64,000 nucleotides of DNA from an uncultured bacterium (GTDB lineage: Bacteria > Verrucomicrobiota > Kiritimatiellia > RFP12 > UBA1067). The notes under the pieces are model-generated. The model had not been told where the DNA came from. It saw only the letters and a program-made list of their open reading frames with translations, and made no database searches. Position numbers and translations under genes: made by a program. Each line of letters starts with the position of its first letter. Within the stretch, counting starts at the first letter, position 1. Shown in pieces: positions 9,683-19,245 of the stretch. The stretch is taken from NCBI GenBank assembly GCA_902799385.1, contig CADCAK010000020.1, positions 33,771 to 97,770 on the forward strand. Reading direction: 5' to 3'.

Positions 9683-9741
9683 TCTCCCGCTCCTTTCGAC
9701 TTGTCAGCGGCGGCCCGCGCAAACATCATCCGCGTATTCAT
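9679..9741 (-). other. upstream ORF, MNTRMMFARAAADKSKGAGE (module A)
   Basis: SD GGAGGAATCGAA precedes the ATG at 9741. Its TGA overlaps the ATG of gene 8570..9682 (ATGA at 9679-9682). Confidence 0.45.
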
Positions 9742-9786
9742 TTCGATTCCTCCGTTGTGAATGTTTCTATGTGCGCAACCACATGT

Positions 9787-10236
9787 CTATTTGCTAACAT
9801 AGATAACCTCCTCGCAATTTGTCACAACACCTTTTGAGTCAAACCAGAATGTCGGAACATACTGTCGTCCCAGCCAATCGGTACGGCACACATCATAGAA
9901 TTGCCAGCAATATGCCTCCATCGCGCGTTCGTCTTTCGCAAGTATTGCGTCAAGGTTCTCAACTCCTGGCCAATCCTCATTGACTCCCACCACTTGCAAA
10001 CCCCAACGAGGGTACACGCTACGCGGGTCGCGTCCATCACCATTGCAATAAAGGTCTATCTTAAACGAAATTGGACGCCAACTATCTACCCAACGCTCGT
10101 ACATGACGACCAACACCTCTTTGCGATTCTTGCCCACCAGCGAGTCCATTTCTTTTTGCCGCGCACAAGCACACCCCGCCAAGCATAGCATCGCCGCTCC
10201 CGCGACGGCCCGCGCAAACATCATCAGCGTATTCAT
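9787..10236 (-). CDS. lipoprotein of unknown function
   Basis: ORF trimmed to MNTLMMFARAVAGAAMLCLAGC (lipobox). The ATG overlaps the TGA of the upstream gene. Confidence 0.65.
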   Translation of the reverse strand: MNTLMMFARAVAGAAMLCLAGCACARQKEMDSLVGKNRKEVLVVMYERWVDSWRPISFKIDLYCNGDGRDPRSVYPRWGLQVVGVNEDWPGVENLDAILAKDERAMEAYCWQFYDVCRTDWLGRQYVPTFWFDSKGVVTNCEEVIYVSK

Positions 10237-12086
10237 TTCGCTTCCTCCGCTTTGGTTGGGTTTTGATCTGGCAAGACGGCGATTAGGATGTCGAGCTTCC
10301 AATAGCTCTTCTCGCGGAAGCGGTAGATATGCCCGGGCTTGAGCGCGACAGAACGATCTTCATTTTCCCACTCTCTCTTCACTGGCTCCGGCTTCGGAAG
10401 GTCACCAGACGCCTCCAATCGTTTGAACTCTTCAGGCGTCAACTCACCAAAATCATCCCATGTTGTTGGCGCCCATCCGAAATCCGCACCAACACATCCA
10501 TCGCCGCTACCATAAGGGTCGAGTCTCAATGTGCATGTGTTGCCCAAACTGTCGCGCGCCGTCTGCAACAGCAATTCCTTTTTGCCAGGCACGACCGACT
10601 TCTCCTGCCACGCATCGCCTTTCGCGGCAAACGGCCTGAGGGCAAAGCGGCGCGGCACTTCGCGGACAAGCACAACATCGCCCAAGTCAAGCGAAGGGTC
10701 ACGCGAAAGGTCTATCTTTCGCAACAGGCTGGGGCAGCCGATAGCCGACAACTTGAAGCGGTATGCCATAGGCGAGCATCTCTGCACCTTGACCGCAACG
10801 CCATTTGTAACCGCAAACGAACAAGCGGCGGCTTGCGGCCTTTCGCGTCCGCCTTTCCTGGTTCCCCAATCTTCGCCGACGGGAAAGCGGTTGTCCACCT
10901 CCAGCATCGCCGTCGCGGTGTCGATGCCATCCGGGAGCCGTGGCGTGAAAGCGAGCGTCGCCGCCTTGTCGGGCGCAAGCCGTTGCATCCGCAGCGTCCC
11001 GAAGTTGAACGGATGACTGGCGCTCATTTGTGGCGGCATTTGCGGCATCCGTACGGCAAGCGGCGCATAGCCGTGTTTCTCAAACACGATGTAGTCGCGC
11101 GTCCAGTGTACGTTTGCAATGAACGAGCCATCCTCGTAAAGCGAGACCCAAGTTGCAACATCCGCGACGTCCGAACCTTCCACTTCAAGGCGGCCGAAGA
11201 CAAGCGTTCCATAGGAATGCGTCTGCGGCCACAAACGCTTCGCCTCTTTGGCAATGTGCGGCGGCGCGTCCGACAACCCGTCGAAGCAAAGTGGTACGGC
11301 TACTTCATTTGCCTTCAAGAACGCCTCGCGCAACTCGCGTTCCGTCAACTCCCTGCGCTCCGCAACGCCACACGAGACGATTCGCGCCACGGCTGCAGGC
11401 GAAAGCACCGCCCATGCGTCATCGTTCAGCGTATGGCCAAAGAAGTTGCGCACGCTCTGTTCATCCGCATTCAGCGCAAACGCCTCCAGTTCCGCCGCAA
11501 CAGCCGGATGATCCTTCGCAAGCGACACCGACGACCTTTGCGCCACCGTCCCGGTAAAAGAGACCACGCTCGCACAGTTTGCAACCTCCATCCCGCCACG
11601 CAGAATCACGCGGCGCGGCACCTCTGCATCGCCAGTCGCCAAGAAGTAGCCCCACAGGAAATCAACTATTTTCGGCGTATAGTCCGCCAAGTCCCGTGGC
11701 ACCATGTCGTCAATGGACTTTCCCTCCAAAGCCGCGCCGATCCCAACCGCGACCTTCTCGCCGCCGCGCATCTTCGCCGCTTCCCATTTCTCCCGCCACG
11801 CATCCCCCGACGACTTCGCCGCCCCGAAGTAAAACCCAATCATCGGCAGAATGCCGCCCGGCTTGATCTTATTCATCTTCTTGACGGACGGCAAGATGGC
11901 TATTGCTTCCTCCACATCAGGGGCTTTGTAGTAGCCGTTGAAGAGAACATCCATCTTCTCCATTTCGGCCTTCGTCGGCTCTGACTTAAATAGTCCAAGA
12001 AACGCAAGGGCTTCTCCTGGCGTCAAAGCCATCGCTACCATCGCCGCCCCTGCGACGGCCCGCACGAACATCTTCCGCGTATTCAT
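10233..12086 (-). CDS. secreted 617-aa protein of unknown function
   Basis: MNTRKMFVRAVAGAAMVAMALTPGEALA is a signal peptide. No motif I recognise. Confidence 0.7.
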   Translation of the reverse strand: MNTRKMFVRAVAGAAMVAMALTPGEALAFLGLFKSEPTKAEMEKMDVLFNGYYKAPDVEEAIAILPSVKKMNKIKPGGILPMIGFYFGAAKSSGDAWREKWEAAKMRGGEKVAVGIGAALEGKSIDDMVPRDLADYTPKIVDFLWGYFLATGDAEVPRRVILRGGMEVANCASVVSFTGTVAQRSSVSLAKDHPAVAAELEAFALNADEQSVRNFFGHTLNDDAWAVLSPAAVARIVSCGVAERRELTERELREAFLKANEVAVPLCFDGLSDAPPHIAKEAKRLWPQTHSYGTLVFGRLEVEGSDVADVATWVSLYEDGSFIANVHWTRDYIVFEKHGYAPLAVRMPQMPPQMSASHPFNFGTLRMQRLAPDKAATLAFTPRLPDGIDTATAMLEVDNRFPVGEDWGTRKGGRERPQAAACSFAVTNGVAVKVQRCSPMAYRFKLSAIGCPSLLRKIDLSRDPSLDLGDVVLVREVPRRFALRPFAAKGDAWQEKSVVPGKKELLLQTARDSLGNTCTLRLDPYGSGDGCVGADFGWAPTTWDDFGELTPEEFKRLEASGDLPKPEPVKREWENEDRSVALKPGHIYRFREKSYWKLDILIAVLPDQNPTKAEEAK

Positions 12087-12105
12087 GTTGTTTCCTTTCT
12101 AAAGA

Positions 12106-12957
12106 CTACTCGCCGAACAGCTTCATTAGCTCCAATGCCTGTTTCGCAGACTCAAGCCCCTGATCCGCAGCTTTGCGAATCCACTTGCGCCCCTCTTTGG
12201 AACTCTTCTTCACGCCTTTGCCTTTGCCATAGCACAAGCCCAGATTGTATTGCGCAACTGCATCCCCCTGCTCAGCAGCTTTGCGCAACCATTTGGCCGC
12301 CTCGTCATAGTCCGTCGCAACGACCTCGCCTTGGGCATAGCAGAGGCCAAGATATCTCTGGGCGAGCGAATCCCCCTGTTCTGCCCCTTTTCGCCACCAC
12401 TTAACAGCCTCAGACATGTCCTTAGCAACACCTTCGCCCTCAGCGTAGCAACAGCCAAGGTAGCCCTGCGCCAGTGCATCACCCTGTTCCGCCGATTTCA
12501 GAAACCATTTCGCCGCCTCGGACATGTCCTTTGCAACCCCTTTGCCTTTGGCGTACAAGTTGCCAAGATCGCATTGCGCATACATATGTCCCTGCTCCGC
12601 CGCCTTGCGGAACCACATCGCCGCCAGTGCATAGTCCTTCTCTACACCGTCACCATCACGATAGCACACGCCCAGCGCACCTTGAGCCCGCGGCAACCCC
12701 TGCTCTGCAGCTTTGCGCAACCACTTGACCGCCTCAACCATATCTTTCGCAACACCGTTGCCTTCATGGTAGCGACAACCAAGGTTGTGCTGTGCAACAG
12801 CATCACCATTGTTCGCAGCTTCCAGAAGTTCTGCAATGGGCAACTCCCCTCCATCCTTCGAAGCGTTCGTAGTGCTGCATCCGCACACTACCATCAGCAA
12901 CAGGAGTCCTGCAACTCCAGCTGCGACAACAGCAGCAAGTCCTCTTCGCATATTCAT
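12106..12957 (-). CDS. Sel1-repeat (SLR/TPR-like) lipoprotein
   Basis: Lipobox LLLLMVVCGC. About six copies of a 36-aa repeat GDAxAQxxLGxCYxxGxGVxKDxxEAxKWxRKAAEQG. Confidence 0.9.
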   Translation of the reverse strand: MNMRRGLAAVVAAGVAGLLLLMVVCGCSTTNASKDGGELPIAELLEAANNGDAVAQHNLGCRYHEGNGVAKDMVEAVKWLRKAAEQGLPRAQGALGVCYRDGDGVEKDYALAAMWFRKAAEQGHMYAQCDLGNLYAKGKGVAKDMSEAAKWFLKSAEQGDALAQGYLGCCYAEGEGVAKDMSEAVKWWRKGAEQGDSLAQRYLGLCYAQGEVVATDYDEAAKWLRKAAEQGDAVAQYNLGLCYGKGKGVKKSSKEGRKWIRKAADQGLESAKQALELMKLFGE

Positions 12958-13043
12958 GAGTTTGTTCCTTTCATTTTCTATTTTGTTTTTATGTTTGTTT
13001 TTCTCGCGCAGAGGGTTTGAGATATGTCAACCTGATGCATTAA

Positions 13044-14198
13044 TCAGTGCCTCATTTCCAGACTTCGGCATGATTCGATTACTCGCTCCAAGATTGGCTC
13101 GCTTTTATGCGATTCAAGTCCAACATCCCTGGCAAGGCGACGAAGATCGGCAACGCCTGGATTCGCGCCCTCGCCGGCGACGGAAAGCGTCTGCCAGCCG
13201 TTGGGACCCTCCGCATACGTGAAATCATAGAACGGCGCAAGTGACCAACGACCCTTCTCGTCCATCAGGAAAGAGAAGTTCTTCAGGTGGTCGTCCCTGT
13301 TGTGCGCGATAACATTCAGGCAGGCGCGGCGAAATAATTCCTCTTTAGCAGACATGTCATGCGTCAAAGCATCGGTCAGACGGGATAGGAGCGCGTATTC
13401 GTCGCCTGGAATTCTGAAGTCGGCATGGAGAAGTCCAGCGGCGCTAGCCATGTGGACGCGTCCACCGCCAGGCGTGCGGTCGAATCGCCGCGTCATGAAG
13501 AACCTACCCACCTTCGTAGCGACTAGGCAGCTTGGCGCCATGTTCGCCCCCGCCGCAAGCGCGACCTCGTAATAACGGTATTCCATTTCGCCAGCCTTAT
13601 CACCCTCGCGCCGCGTGTTGAATTTCACGATCCAATGCTCGAAGCCTGGCGGCAGGACTGGACGCTCCGCGCACACTTCTCCCATCTTGGGATTGTACCC
13701 GACATACGCCTTTGGCCGCGCGCCACCGGAACTTCCTCCGGCCTTGCGAAGTCGCGGAAGCGCACTCTCCGCCTCCCCCGCATCGAACGCCATCGCCTCT
13801 TCCGCAAGCGCGGCGAGGTCGAACGCTTCATTCTCCACATCAGCCGCTTCGTCTGCCGGTTCGTACACAAGCGCACCTTTCCCGGAGCGACCAACGCACA
13901 TAAGCCGCTCGGTAATCGTCGGCAGGCGCCCCTCACGTTTCATGAACATCCTGTCAACGATTCTCCGCCCCCATCCATCCGGCAGCGAATCATCGAAAAG
14001 TCCGAACGTTTCCATGTTTCCCGAGCGGTCGTATATTTTCAACCCACCGCCAAGAGGCAGACGAAACGGTGCAGGGTTTAGCTCCAACGAAAGGAACTCC
14101 CCCGCGAACTCAAACGCCGTATCGCGCCCCACTTCGGAAAAGGTCCCGACCCTCATTTCGCGGCCGCTGCCAAAGTCCAATTTGACAGTCAATTTCAT
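13044..14198 (-). CDS. hipA: type II toxin HipA-family serine/threonine kinase
   Basis: Motifs DSLPDGWGRR, GGARPKA, NRDDHLKNFSFLM and LAPFYDF. Confidence 0.9.
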   Translation of the reverse strand: MKLTVKLDFGSGREMRVGTFSEVGRDTAFEFAGEFLSLELNPAPFRLPLGGGLKIYDRSGNMETFGLFDDSLPDGWGRRIVDRMFMKREGRLPTITERLMCVGRSGKGALVYEPADEAADVENEAFDLAALAEEAMAFDAGEAESALPRLRKAGGSSGGARPKAYVGYNPKMGEVCAERPVLPPGFEHWIVKFNTRREGDKAGEMEYRYYEVALAAGANMAPSCLVATKVGRFFMTRRFDRTPGGGRVHMASAAGLLHADFRIPGDEYALLSRLTDALTHDMSAKEELFRRACLNVIAHNRDDHLKNFSFLMDEKGRWSLAPFYDFTYAEGPNGWQTLSVAGEGANPGVADLRRLARDVGLESHKSEPILERVIESCRSLEMRH

Positions 14199-14539
14199 CG
14201 TGACGCCTCCTTGTGGCGGACGCGCTGAATGACTTTCGGCGTGAACTCGAAATCGCCCTCCAGTGTCTTGGGGAACTTGACAAGACGCAACTGTGCCTTG
14301 AGCATGTCCTCGAACGCGTCAAGCTTGTTCAACGCGAAAAGCACCTTGAAAAGCGTATCAGTAGAAGCAAGCCCCGTCCGCTCCAAACGTGAAATCGTCG
14401 TCATCGGAACGCCTGAACGTCTCGCAAGGTCGGCCTGAGTCCATTCCTCGCGCTGCCGCGTCAGACGAACAAGCTCGCGCAAACTCGCCAACACATCATT
14501 TACCGTTGTTAGCGGCAATATACTGCTTAAATCGTTCAT
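14195..14539 (-). CDS. hipB: XRE-family HTH antitoxin (HipB-like)
   Basis: HTH segment WTQADLARRSGVPMTTISRLERTG. 4-nt overlap with hipA. Confidence 0.8.
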   Translation of the reverse strand: MNDLSSILPLTTVNDVLASLRELVRLTRQREEWTQADLARRSGVPMTTISRLERTGLASTDTLFKVLFALNKLDAFEDMLKAQLRLVKFPKTLEGDFEFTPKVIQRVRHKEASR

Positions 14540-14545
14540 GACAGT

Positions 14546-14554
14546 ATATTACCA
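14546..14554 (-). promoter_or_regulatory. extended -10 element TGGTAATAT; probable leaderless hipB transcript
   Basis: TAATAT, then 6 nt, then ATG 14539. Confidence 0.5.
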
Positions 14555-14570
14555 CAATATATTGCCGTTG

Positions 14571-14642
14571 TCAATCGCGTCTAGAAGTGACAACACTCAT
14601 CACCGCTCCCGCGACGGCCCGCGCAAACAGTTTTGTTTTCAT
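14571..14642 (-). other. short ORF MKTKLFARAVAGAVMSVVTSRRD (diverged module A)
   Basis: Its ATG overlaps the TGA of the preceding short ORF. Confidence 0.3.
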
Positions 14643-14722
14643 GCTGCGACATCCTTTCCTGTTTCCACCGATATTTTACTCGCGCAGAGACGCGATGCGC
14701 GAGATATCATCCGCATATTCAT
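14639..14722 (-). other. short ORF MNMRMISRASRLCASKISVETGKDVAA
   Basis: Its ATG overlaps the TGA of ATPase 14719..16056 (ATGA). Its TGA overlaps the next ATG. Confidence 0.3.
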
Positions 14723-16056
14723 ACGGATCCCTTTCGCAAGAAGTCTTCATATTCGCCAATGAAGTAAAGCGGCAGGATGCGAACGGCATCATCAATTAGA
14801 CCAAAGTTCTCTTCGGAGGTTCGGATGGCAAGCTTCAGGTTCTTTTCCTCCATAAGAATGCGCAGACTCTTCATTGAACCCTTCACGCCGGACTTCACCT
14901 CGATCGGCAAAACACAGTTGCGGAACTGCACAACATAATCCACTTCCGCATTGGAGTTCCGCGACTCCCGGTGCCAGAAGAAGAGTCGCCGCTCGTCGAA
15001 TGGCGATGCGGCTTTCACCAGTTCGTGGCCTGTGAACATTTCAGCAAGGGCTCCTCGATTGATGAATTTCGCAGGCGGCTCAAGAATCCAGTCGGAAATG
15101 TCCAGCCCGCTTGCCGTCAGGTAGAGTCCCGTATCCAGCGGAAGAAACTTGTTGTCGTTGGCCTTTACGTCCGCACCAAGCGGGATGCCGTTCGCATGAC
15201 AGGAATCCACTCTGTAGATCAGCCTCGCCATCTCCAGCAGCGTTGCACAATCCTTGGCCTGCGCATAGCTAAGCCCCGCTTTAGAATCTGAATACGTGAA
15301 TTTGCGACCGGTCTGATCAATGACTGAATTGAACACGGTTACTATTCTCGCGGCGGGAATGCGCTTCTTGTACTTGCCGAAATCGGCCTTGAGCGACACG
15401 AGGATATCCCGGTGCTGCTCTTGAGCGGCAAGCAGACTCTTGGTCTGGGCAAACGCGCAAACCGCCGCCGGCATTCCGCCCACTATCAAGAACGACTTGA
15501 GATAGTCGAGCATCATTTCATGGCCATCGGGGAAAAGCGGGGATGCAAACGTGGCGTCGCGGGCGCGTTCAAGCGACACCTCCGCCCCCATTGCCGACAC
15601 GAACTCCGCAAAGGACATCGGATGCATGAACATATTGCGGATTCTCCCTACGCCAAAGTCGGCAATCTCGCCAAATGCAAATTCCAGCAGCGACCCGGTC
15701 GCAACCACATGCAGTTCCGGCATTTTCTCGTAGAAATACCTTAGACAGGAAATGGCTCGCGGACAAAGCTGTATCTCATCCAGAAACAATAGCGTCTTAC
15801 CGGGAACGATCTTGGTTCTCTTTTTAAATTCTATGGCCGCCAGAATCTTGGGAATATCAAAGTCGCCGTTGAAGACGGTGTTGAACGCAGCATCGTCCTC
15901 AAAGTTGATTTCAATGAACGACTCGAACTTTTCGGCAAGGTGTCTGACTGCCGTAGTCTTGCCAATTTGCCGCGCTCCGCGCAAAAGCAGCGGCTTGCGG
16001 CCAGATTCGCTGGCCCACGCTTCAAGATGCCGGTCTATTTCTCGTTTCAGGTACAT
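14719..16056 (-). CDS. AAA+ ATPase with DUF4143/PD-(D/E)xK-like C-terminus (COG1373 type), intact
   Basis: GARQIGKT, LLFLDEIQ, GGMPAAV, EVDYVVQ...PIEVKSG. Start trimmed to MYLKREIDR because the -10 element lies inside the longer ORF. Confidence 0.85.
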   Translation of the reverse strand: MYLKREIDRHLEAWASESGRKPLLLRGARQIGKTTAVRHLAEKFESFIEINFEDDAAFNTVFNGDFDIPKILAAIEFKKRTKIVPGKTLLFLDEIQLCPRAISCLRYFYEKMPELHVVATGSLLEFAFGEIADFGVGRIRNMFMHPMSFAEFVSAMGAEVSLERARDATFASPLFPDGHEMMLDYLKSFLIVGGMPAAVCAFAQTKSLLAAQEQHRDILVSLKADFGKYKKRIPAARIVTVFNSVIDQTGRKFTYSDSKAGLSYAQAKDCATLLEMARLIYRVDSCHANGIPLGADVKANDNKFLPLDTGLYLTASGLDISDWILEPPAKFINRGALAEMFTGHELVKAASPFDERRLFFWHRESRNSNAEVDYVVQFRNCVLPIEVKSGVKGSMKSLRILMEEKNLKLAIRTSEENFGLIDDAVRILPLYFIGEYEDFLRKGSV

Positions 16057-16092
16057 GATGATTTTCCTATATTCCCGATTAAAACTGCTCAT

Positions 16093-16101
16093 ATTATACC
16101 A
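16093..16101 (-). promoter_or_regulatory. extended -10 element TGGTATAAT
   Basis: Lies 37 nt upstream of ATG 16056. Confidence 0.55.
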
Positions 16102-16289
16102 CAATCACCCCCTAAATGTCAATAGCCAAAAGTCAAAATCCAAGGAAATAAACTTTACTTAAACATCAAATTACAAAGATTACTTGTATGCTACCACATC
16201 AAAATCCAAGGTAAAAATCCATGTTGGATTTCTCCTTTGTGGTGTTTGTTTCTCCTTGCCCCCCGCACCGTGCGAAGGGAAAGAAAGCA

Positions 16290-16400
16290 TGTGTTGAATG
16301 TGCAAATATCCAATATCCAACAGCCAATATCCAATTTGCCCCGCCATCATTGAATAATGGATACTGGATATTGGATACTGGATAATTGCACATTCCATTC
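16290..16400. repeat. simple-sequence filler rich in CCAATATCC / TGGATA words
   Basis: gcaaatatccaatatccaacagccaatatccaatt...ggatactggatattggatactggataatt. Related words occur at 16781-16812. Confidence 0.6.
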
Positions 16401-16407
16401 CCACCAT

Positions 16408-16767
16408 TCACTGCTTGCAAATCCGTTTCCGCGCCGTGGACACGCTTGCGCCGAATATCCGCGAAATCTCCTGCGATTCCGTTATCAAGTCAGCAAGCTT
16501 CGTCTTTTCCACATAGCCTGATTCGCCAATCAGTTTGAGCCATATCCGCGTCTCAGACAACTCTTTCATGGACACCTTCAGCTTGTGCACGAAATCCTTG
16601 CCGGACTCCGCCTCGCAAGCCTCGGCGTAGTTTGCCGCGACGCTCGTAGAAGAACGAAAGAGCTGATCTGCGAAATTCGCGCTTCCGATATTCTTCACCG
16701 GCAACGCGGCGCACACCTTGACGCACCTCGCCGCAAATGCGACTACTCTGTCTTCAAGATCATTCAT
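16408..16767 (-). CDS. four-helix-bundle protein (23S rRNA intervening-sequence protein / Avd family)
   Basis: FADQLFRSSTSVAANYAEACEAESGKDFVHKLKVSMKELSETRIWLKLI matches the family signature as I remember it. Confidence 0.8.
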   Translation of the reverse strand: MNDLEDRVVAFAARCVKVCAALPVKNIGSANFADQLFRSSTSVAANYAEACEAESGKDFVHKLKVSMKELSETRIWLKLIGESGYVEKTKLADLITESQEISRIFGASVSTARKRICKQ

Positions 16768-16791
16768 CTTCTCTCCTCCACTGGATATTGG

Positions 16792-16914
16792 TTATTGGAT
16801 ATTGGATATTTGCACATTTTCACATTTCCCGCTCCCCCTACGCAGAGCGTCCACCTTCGCCAAGGCTACGGAGGACAAGACGGAGGACAAGTTGATTCGT
16901 GCAAATGGTTTCAT
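16792..16914 (-). other. upstream ORF MKPFARINLSSVLSSVALAKVDALRRGSGKCENVQISNIQ (module C/D)
   Basis: Preceded by AAAGGAGCACCCC. Ends 24 nt before ATG 16767. Confidence 0.35.
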
Positions 16915-16967
16915 GGGGTGCTCCTTTCGGTTATTGCCATACTATCCTCTTTCGCGTATCCATTTCG

Positions 16968-18323
16968 TCATTTCCTTTCCCGCTTGCGACCTTTTGAGCG
17001 CGGATCGTCATCTGGCGGAAGGAACGTCCCGATGAGCATTTCATTCTCAAGCGTTTCGCCGACAGGCGTGAATTCATGTCCGGTCACCTTCCCGCCTTCT
17101 GTATTGACATTGATCGAAACGCTGAGCGGATTGCCGTTCTCTCCTCCTCTGATGCGAATGCCGCCATCGACGGATGTTGCGCCAGACGGGATCTTCACCC
17201 ACAAATCTCCATACTTGTTCCAATGATCCTTGAACATGACTTCCACAGATTCGTCTGTGGCGTTGATACGCCATTCTTTGCGCCACGAGATATCCTTCTG
17301 CCCGGCATTGAACAGATGATAGCCTCCGTCTTCAAGCGCATAGAGCGAATATCCTTCGTCACCGGTGCAACTATCGGAGCCAAGCGCGATTCGCGCCCCC
17401 GATGCAAACACCAGACGGTAGTGCCGAGAACCTTTCAAACGCCTGCATTCAAGTGAAAACGGAACTTCGCCGCCGGCCAGTTTTATGGGATTCCATTGGG
17501 GCTCGATGATGTCCGCAAATGGATCGCCCTCGCCAGGCTCAAACCTTCCGCTCGGATAGAGAAGCCCAAGGTAGCTTCGCCCTTTCAGAGAATCTCCAAC
17601 TGGTGCCCCGCCATCCGCCCGCTTTTCGCCGTCTGCCGTCTTGGCCGTAATCGAGTCGTTTGCCCTGCTATCGACCTTGAGCGCACCTTCAGGGATATTC
17701 ACCCATGTTTCATCGCACATCATCTCCACCATTTCATTCGTCACATTGACGCGGTAGTCGCTGCGTATGAAGTCGTGTTCCAGTCCGTCCACGAGATAGT
17801 ATTCCCCGGTCGGCAGGCGATAGACCGCGAACGGTCCCGCACCGCCCGTGTCAATCCAAACGCCAATGCGCTTTCCTGACTTGAATACGATGGTCTTGTC
17901 GTACTCGGCGAGGAACGGATGCGCCGGACGATACTCGACCGCAAACTCAAGCGCGCTGGCATCGTTCGTCACGCTTGCGCTCTTAACCTCCGCATATCCA
18001 CTTGACGTCGCGTAGGCAACAACATCATGCGCTACAAATGCAAAGACCAACCCAAAGCCGAACAGGAACAACCCTGCTATGCCGAGGAAGAATTGCCCAA
18101 GCGCACGCAACCACTCACGCTCGTTGAGTGAAATGAACAATGCGATCAGCCATGCTATCGCCGCCAATACCTGCACGACGAACATCATATTGACCATCGC
18201 AGTCCCGAATCTGCCGAGCGGCGGCGATATTGCATACGCCGCGAACAGCAACAGCGCAGTGCAGCACCACGCGACAAACGGCCCGTACGCCGTCTCGAAT
18301 ACGAATTTCACAATCTTCTTCAT
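16968..18323 (-). CDS. membrane protein (N-terminal TM segments plus a tandemly duplicated soluble domain), unknown function
   Basis: ORF trimmed to MKKIVKFVF with SD AAAGGAAAG. Internal repeat: YRLPTGEYYLVDG...RVNVTNEMVEMM versus YALEDGGYHLFNA...RINATDESVEVM. Confidence 0.65.
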   Translation of the reverse strand: MKKIVKFVFETAYGPFVAWCCTALLLFAAYAISPPLGRFGTAMVNMMFVVQVLAAIAWLIALFISLNEREWLRALGQFFLGIAGLFLFGFGLVFAFVAHDVVAYATSSGYAEVKSASVTNDASALEFAVEYRPAHPFLAEYDKTIVFKSGKRIGVWIDTGGAGPFAVYRLPTGEYYLVDGLEHDFIRSDYRVNVTNEMVEMMCDETWVNIPEGALKVDSRANDSITAKTADGEKRADGGAPVGDSLKGRSYLGLLYPSGRFEPGEGDPFADIIEPQWNPIKLAGGEVPFSLECRRLKGSRHYRLVFASGARIALGSDSCTGDEGYSLYALEDGGYHLFNAGQKDISWRKEWRINATDESVEVMFKDHWNKYGDLWVKIPSGATSVDGGIRIRGGENGNPLSVSINVNTEGGKVTGHEFTPVGETLENEMLIGTFLPPDDDPRSKGRKRERK

Positions 18324-18336
18324 CGCCGCTTTCCTT

Positions 18337-18504
18337 TCATTGACAATTGGAATTGGTCTTGGAAACATTTTCACATTTGCAACATTTCCCGCTCCCCTTA
18401 CACAGAGCGTCCACCTTCGCCAAGGCTTCCCCCTTCGCCAAGGCTACGGAGGACAAGACGGAGGATAAAACGGAGGACAAGTTGATTCGTGCAAATGGTT
18501 TCAT
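18337..18504 (-). other. upstream ORF MKPFARINLSSVLSSV...CCKCENVSKTNSNCQ (module C/D)
   Basis: Its ATG overlaps the TGA of Sel1 gene 18501..19238 (ATGA). It stops 13 nt before ATG 18323. Confidence 0.4.
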
Positions 18505-19238
18505 GGGCGTTTTCCTTTCGTTGCCGTTGCCGACAGTTTGCCCAAGATTCGTTCCGCCACAGCGTGACCATGCTCCGCCGCCTTGCGAAGCCAGGATAGC
18601 CCCAGAGATTTTGACTTCCGCACGCCTTCTCCGTCCCGGTAGCATTCCCACAAATTGAACATGGCCTTTTCATCGCCGCGCCTTGCCGCCTTTCGGAACC
18701 AAGCGACAGCCTCCTTCGCATTCCCCTCGCATCCAATCCCATTGATCAGACACGCACCAAGATTGCACTGCGCCTTGACAACGCCAAGTTCCGCCGCGCG
18801 CTTGTACCAATAAACAGCTTTCTCATCGGACTGCCTTACCCCCTCGCCACGATCATAGCAAACACCAAGATTGTAGAACGCGAGTGCATCATCCATTCTC
18901 GCTCCTTTCCTATATAGCTTGACCGCTTCGAGGCAATCCCGCACTACGCCTTTCCCGTAATGGTAGCAATGCCCAAGGTTAACCCATGCCTCGAGTATTC
19001 CGTGGTCAGCCGCCTTGCGATACCATTCAACAGCCTTGCGGAAACTACGCCGGACAAGATTCCCGTCTTCGTAGACAAAGCCCATTTCGTACTCGGCATC
19101 GGGCAAGCCGTTTCGCGCCGCCTTGCGGAGCCATTTTATACACTCCACATTTTCACCACGATCTCTGCAGTCGAAATATAGTTGATACTGCGCATCAGCA
19201 TCATCATGGCCTGCAATGTTTCTACCTTTAATCTCCAT
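18501..19238 (-). CDS. Sel1-repeat protein (no signal peptide seen)
   Basis: Repeated AxxxxGxxYxxGxGVxxxxxxAxxWxRKAA units. Confidence 0.85.
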   Translation of the reverse strand: MEIKGRNIAGHDDADAQYQLYFDCRDRGENVECIKWLRKAARNGLPDAEYEMGFVYEDGNLVRRSFRKAVEWYRKAADHGILEAWVNLGHCYHYGKGVVRDCLEAVKLYRKGARMDDALAFYNLGVCYDRGEGVRQSDEKAVYWYKRAAELGVVKAQCNLGACLINGIGCEGNAKEAVAWFRKAARRGDEKAMFNLWECYRDGEGVRKSKSLGLSWLRKAAEHGHAVAERILGKLSATATKGKRP

Positions 19239-19245
19239 CCTTCAT

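Noticed and set aside
12958-13043. Promoter for the Sel1-led operon (TTGACA at 13026-13031 on the minus strand)
   Set aside because: No acceptable -10 hexamer lies at 16-19 nt spacing, so I left it unannotated.
16105-18400. Diversity-generating retroelement around the Avd-like gene
   Set aside because: No reverse transcriptase ORF and no adenine-specific TR/VR repeat pair could be found in the flanks.
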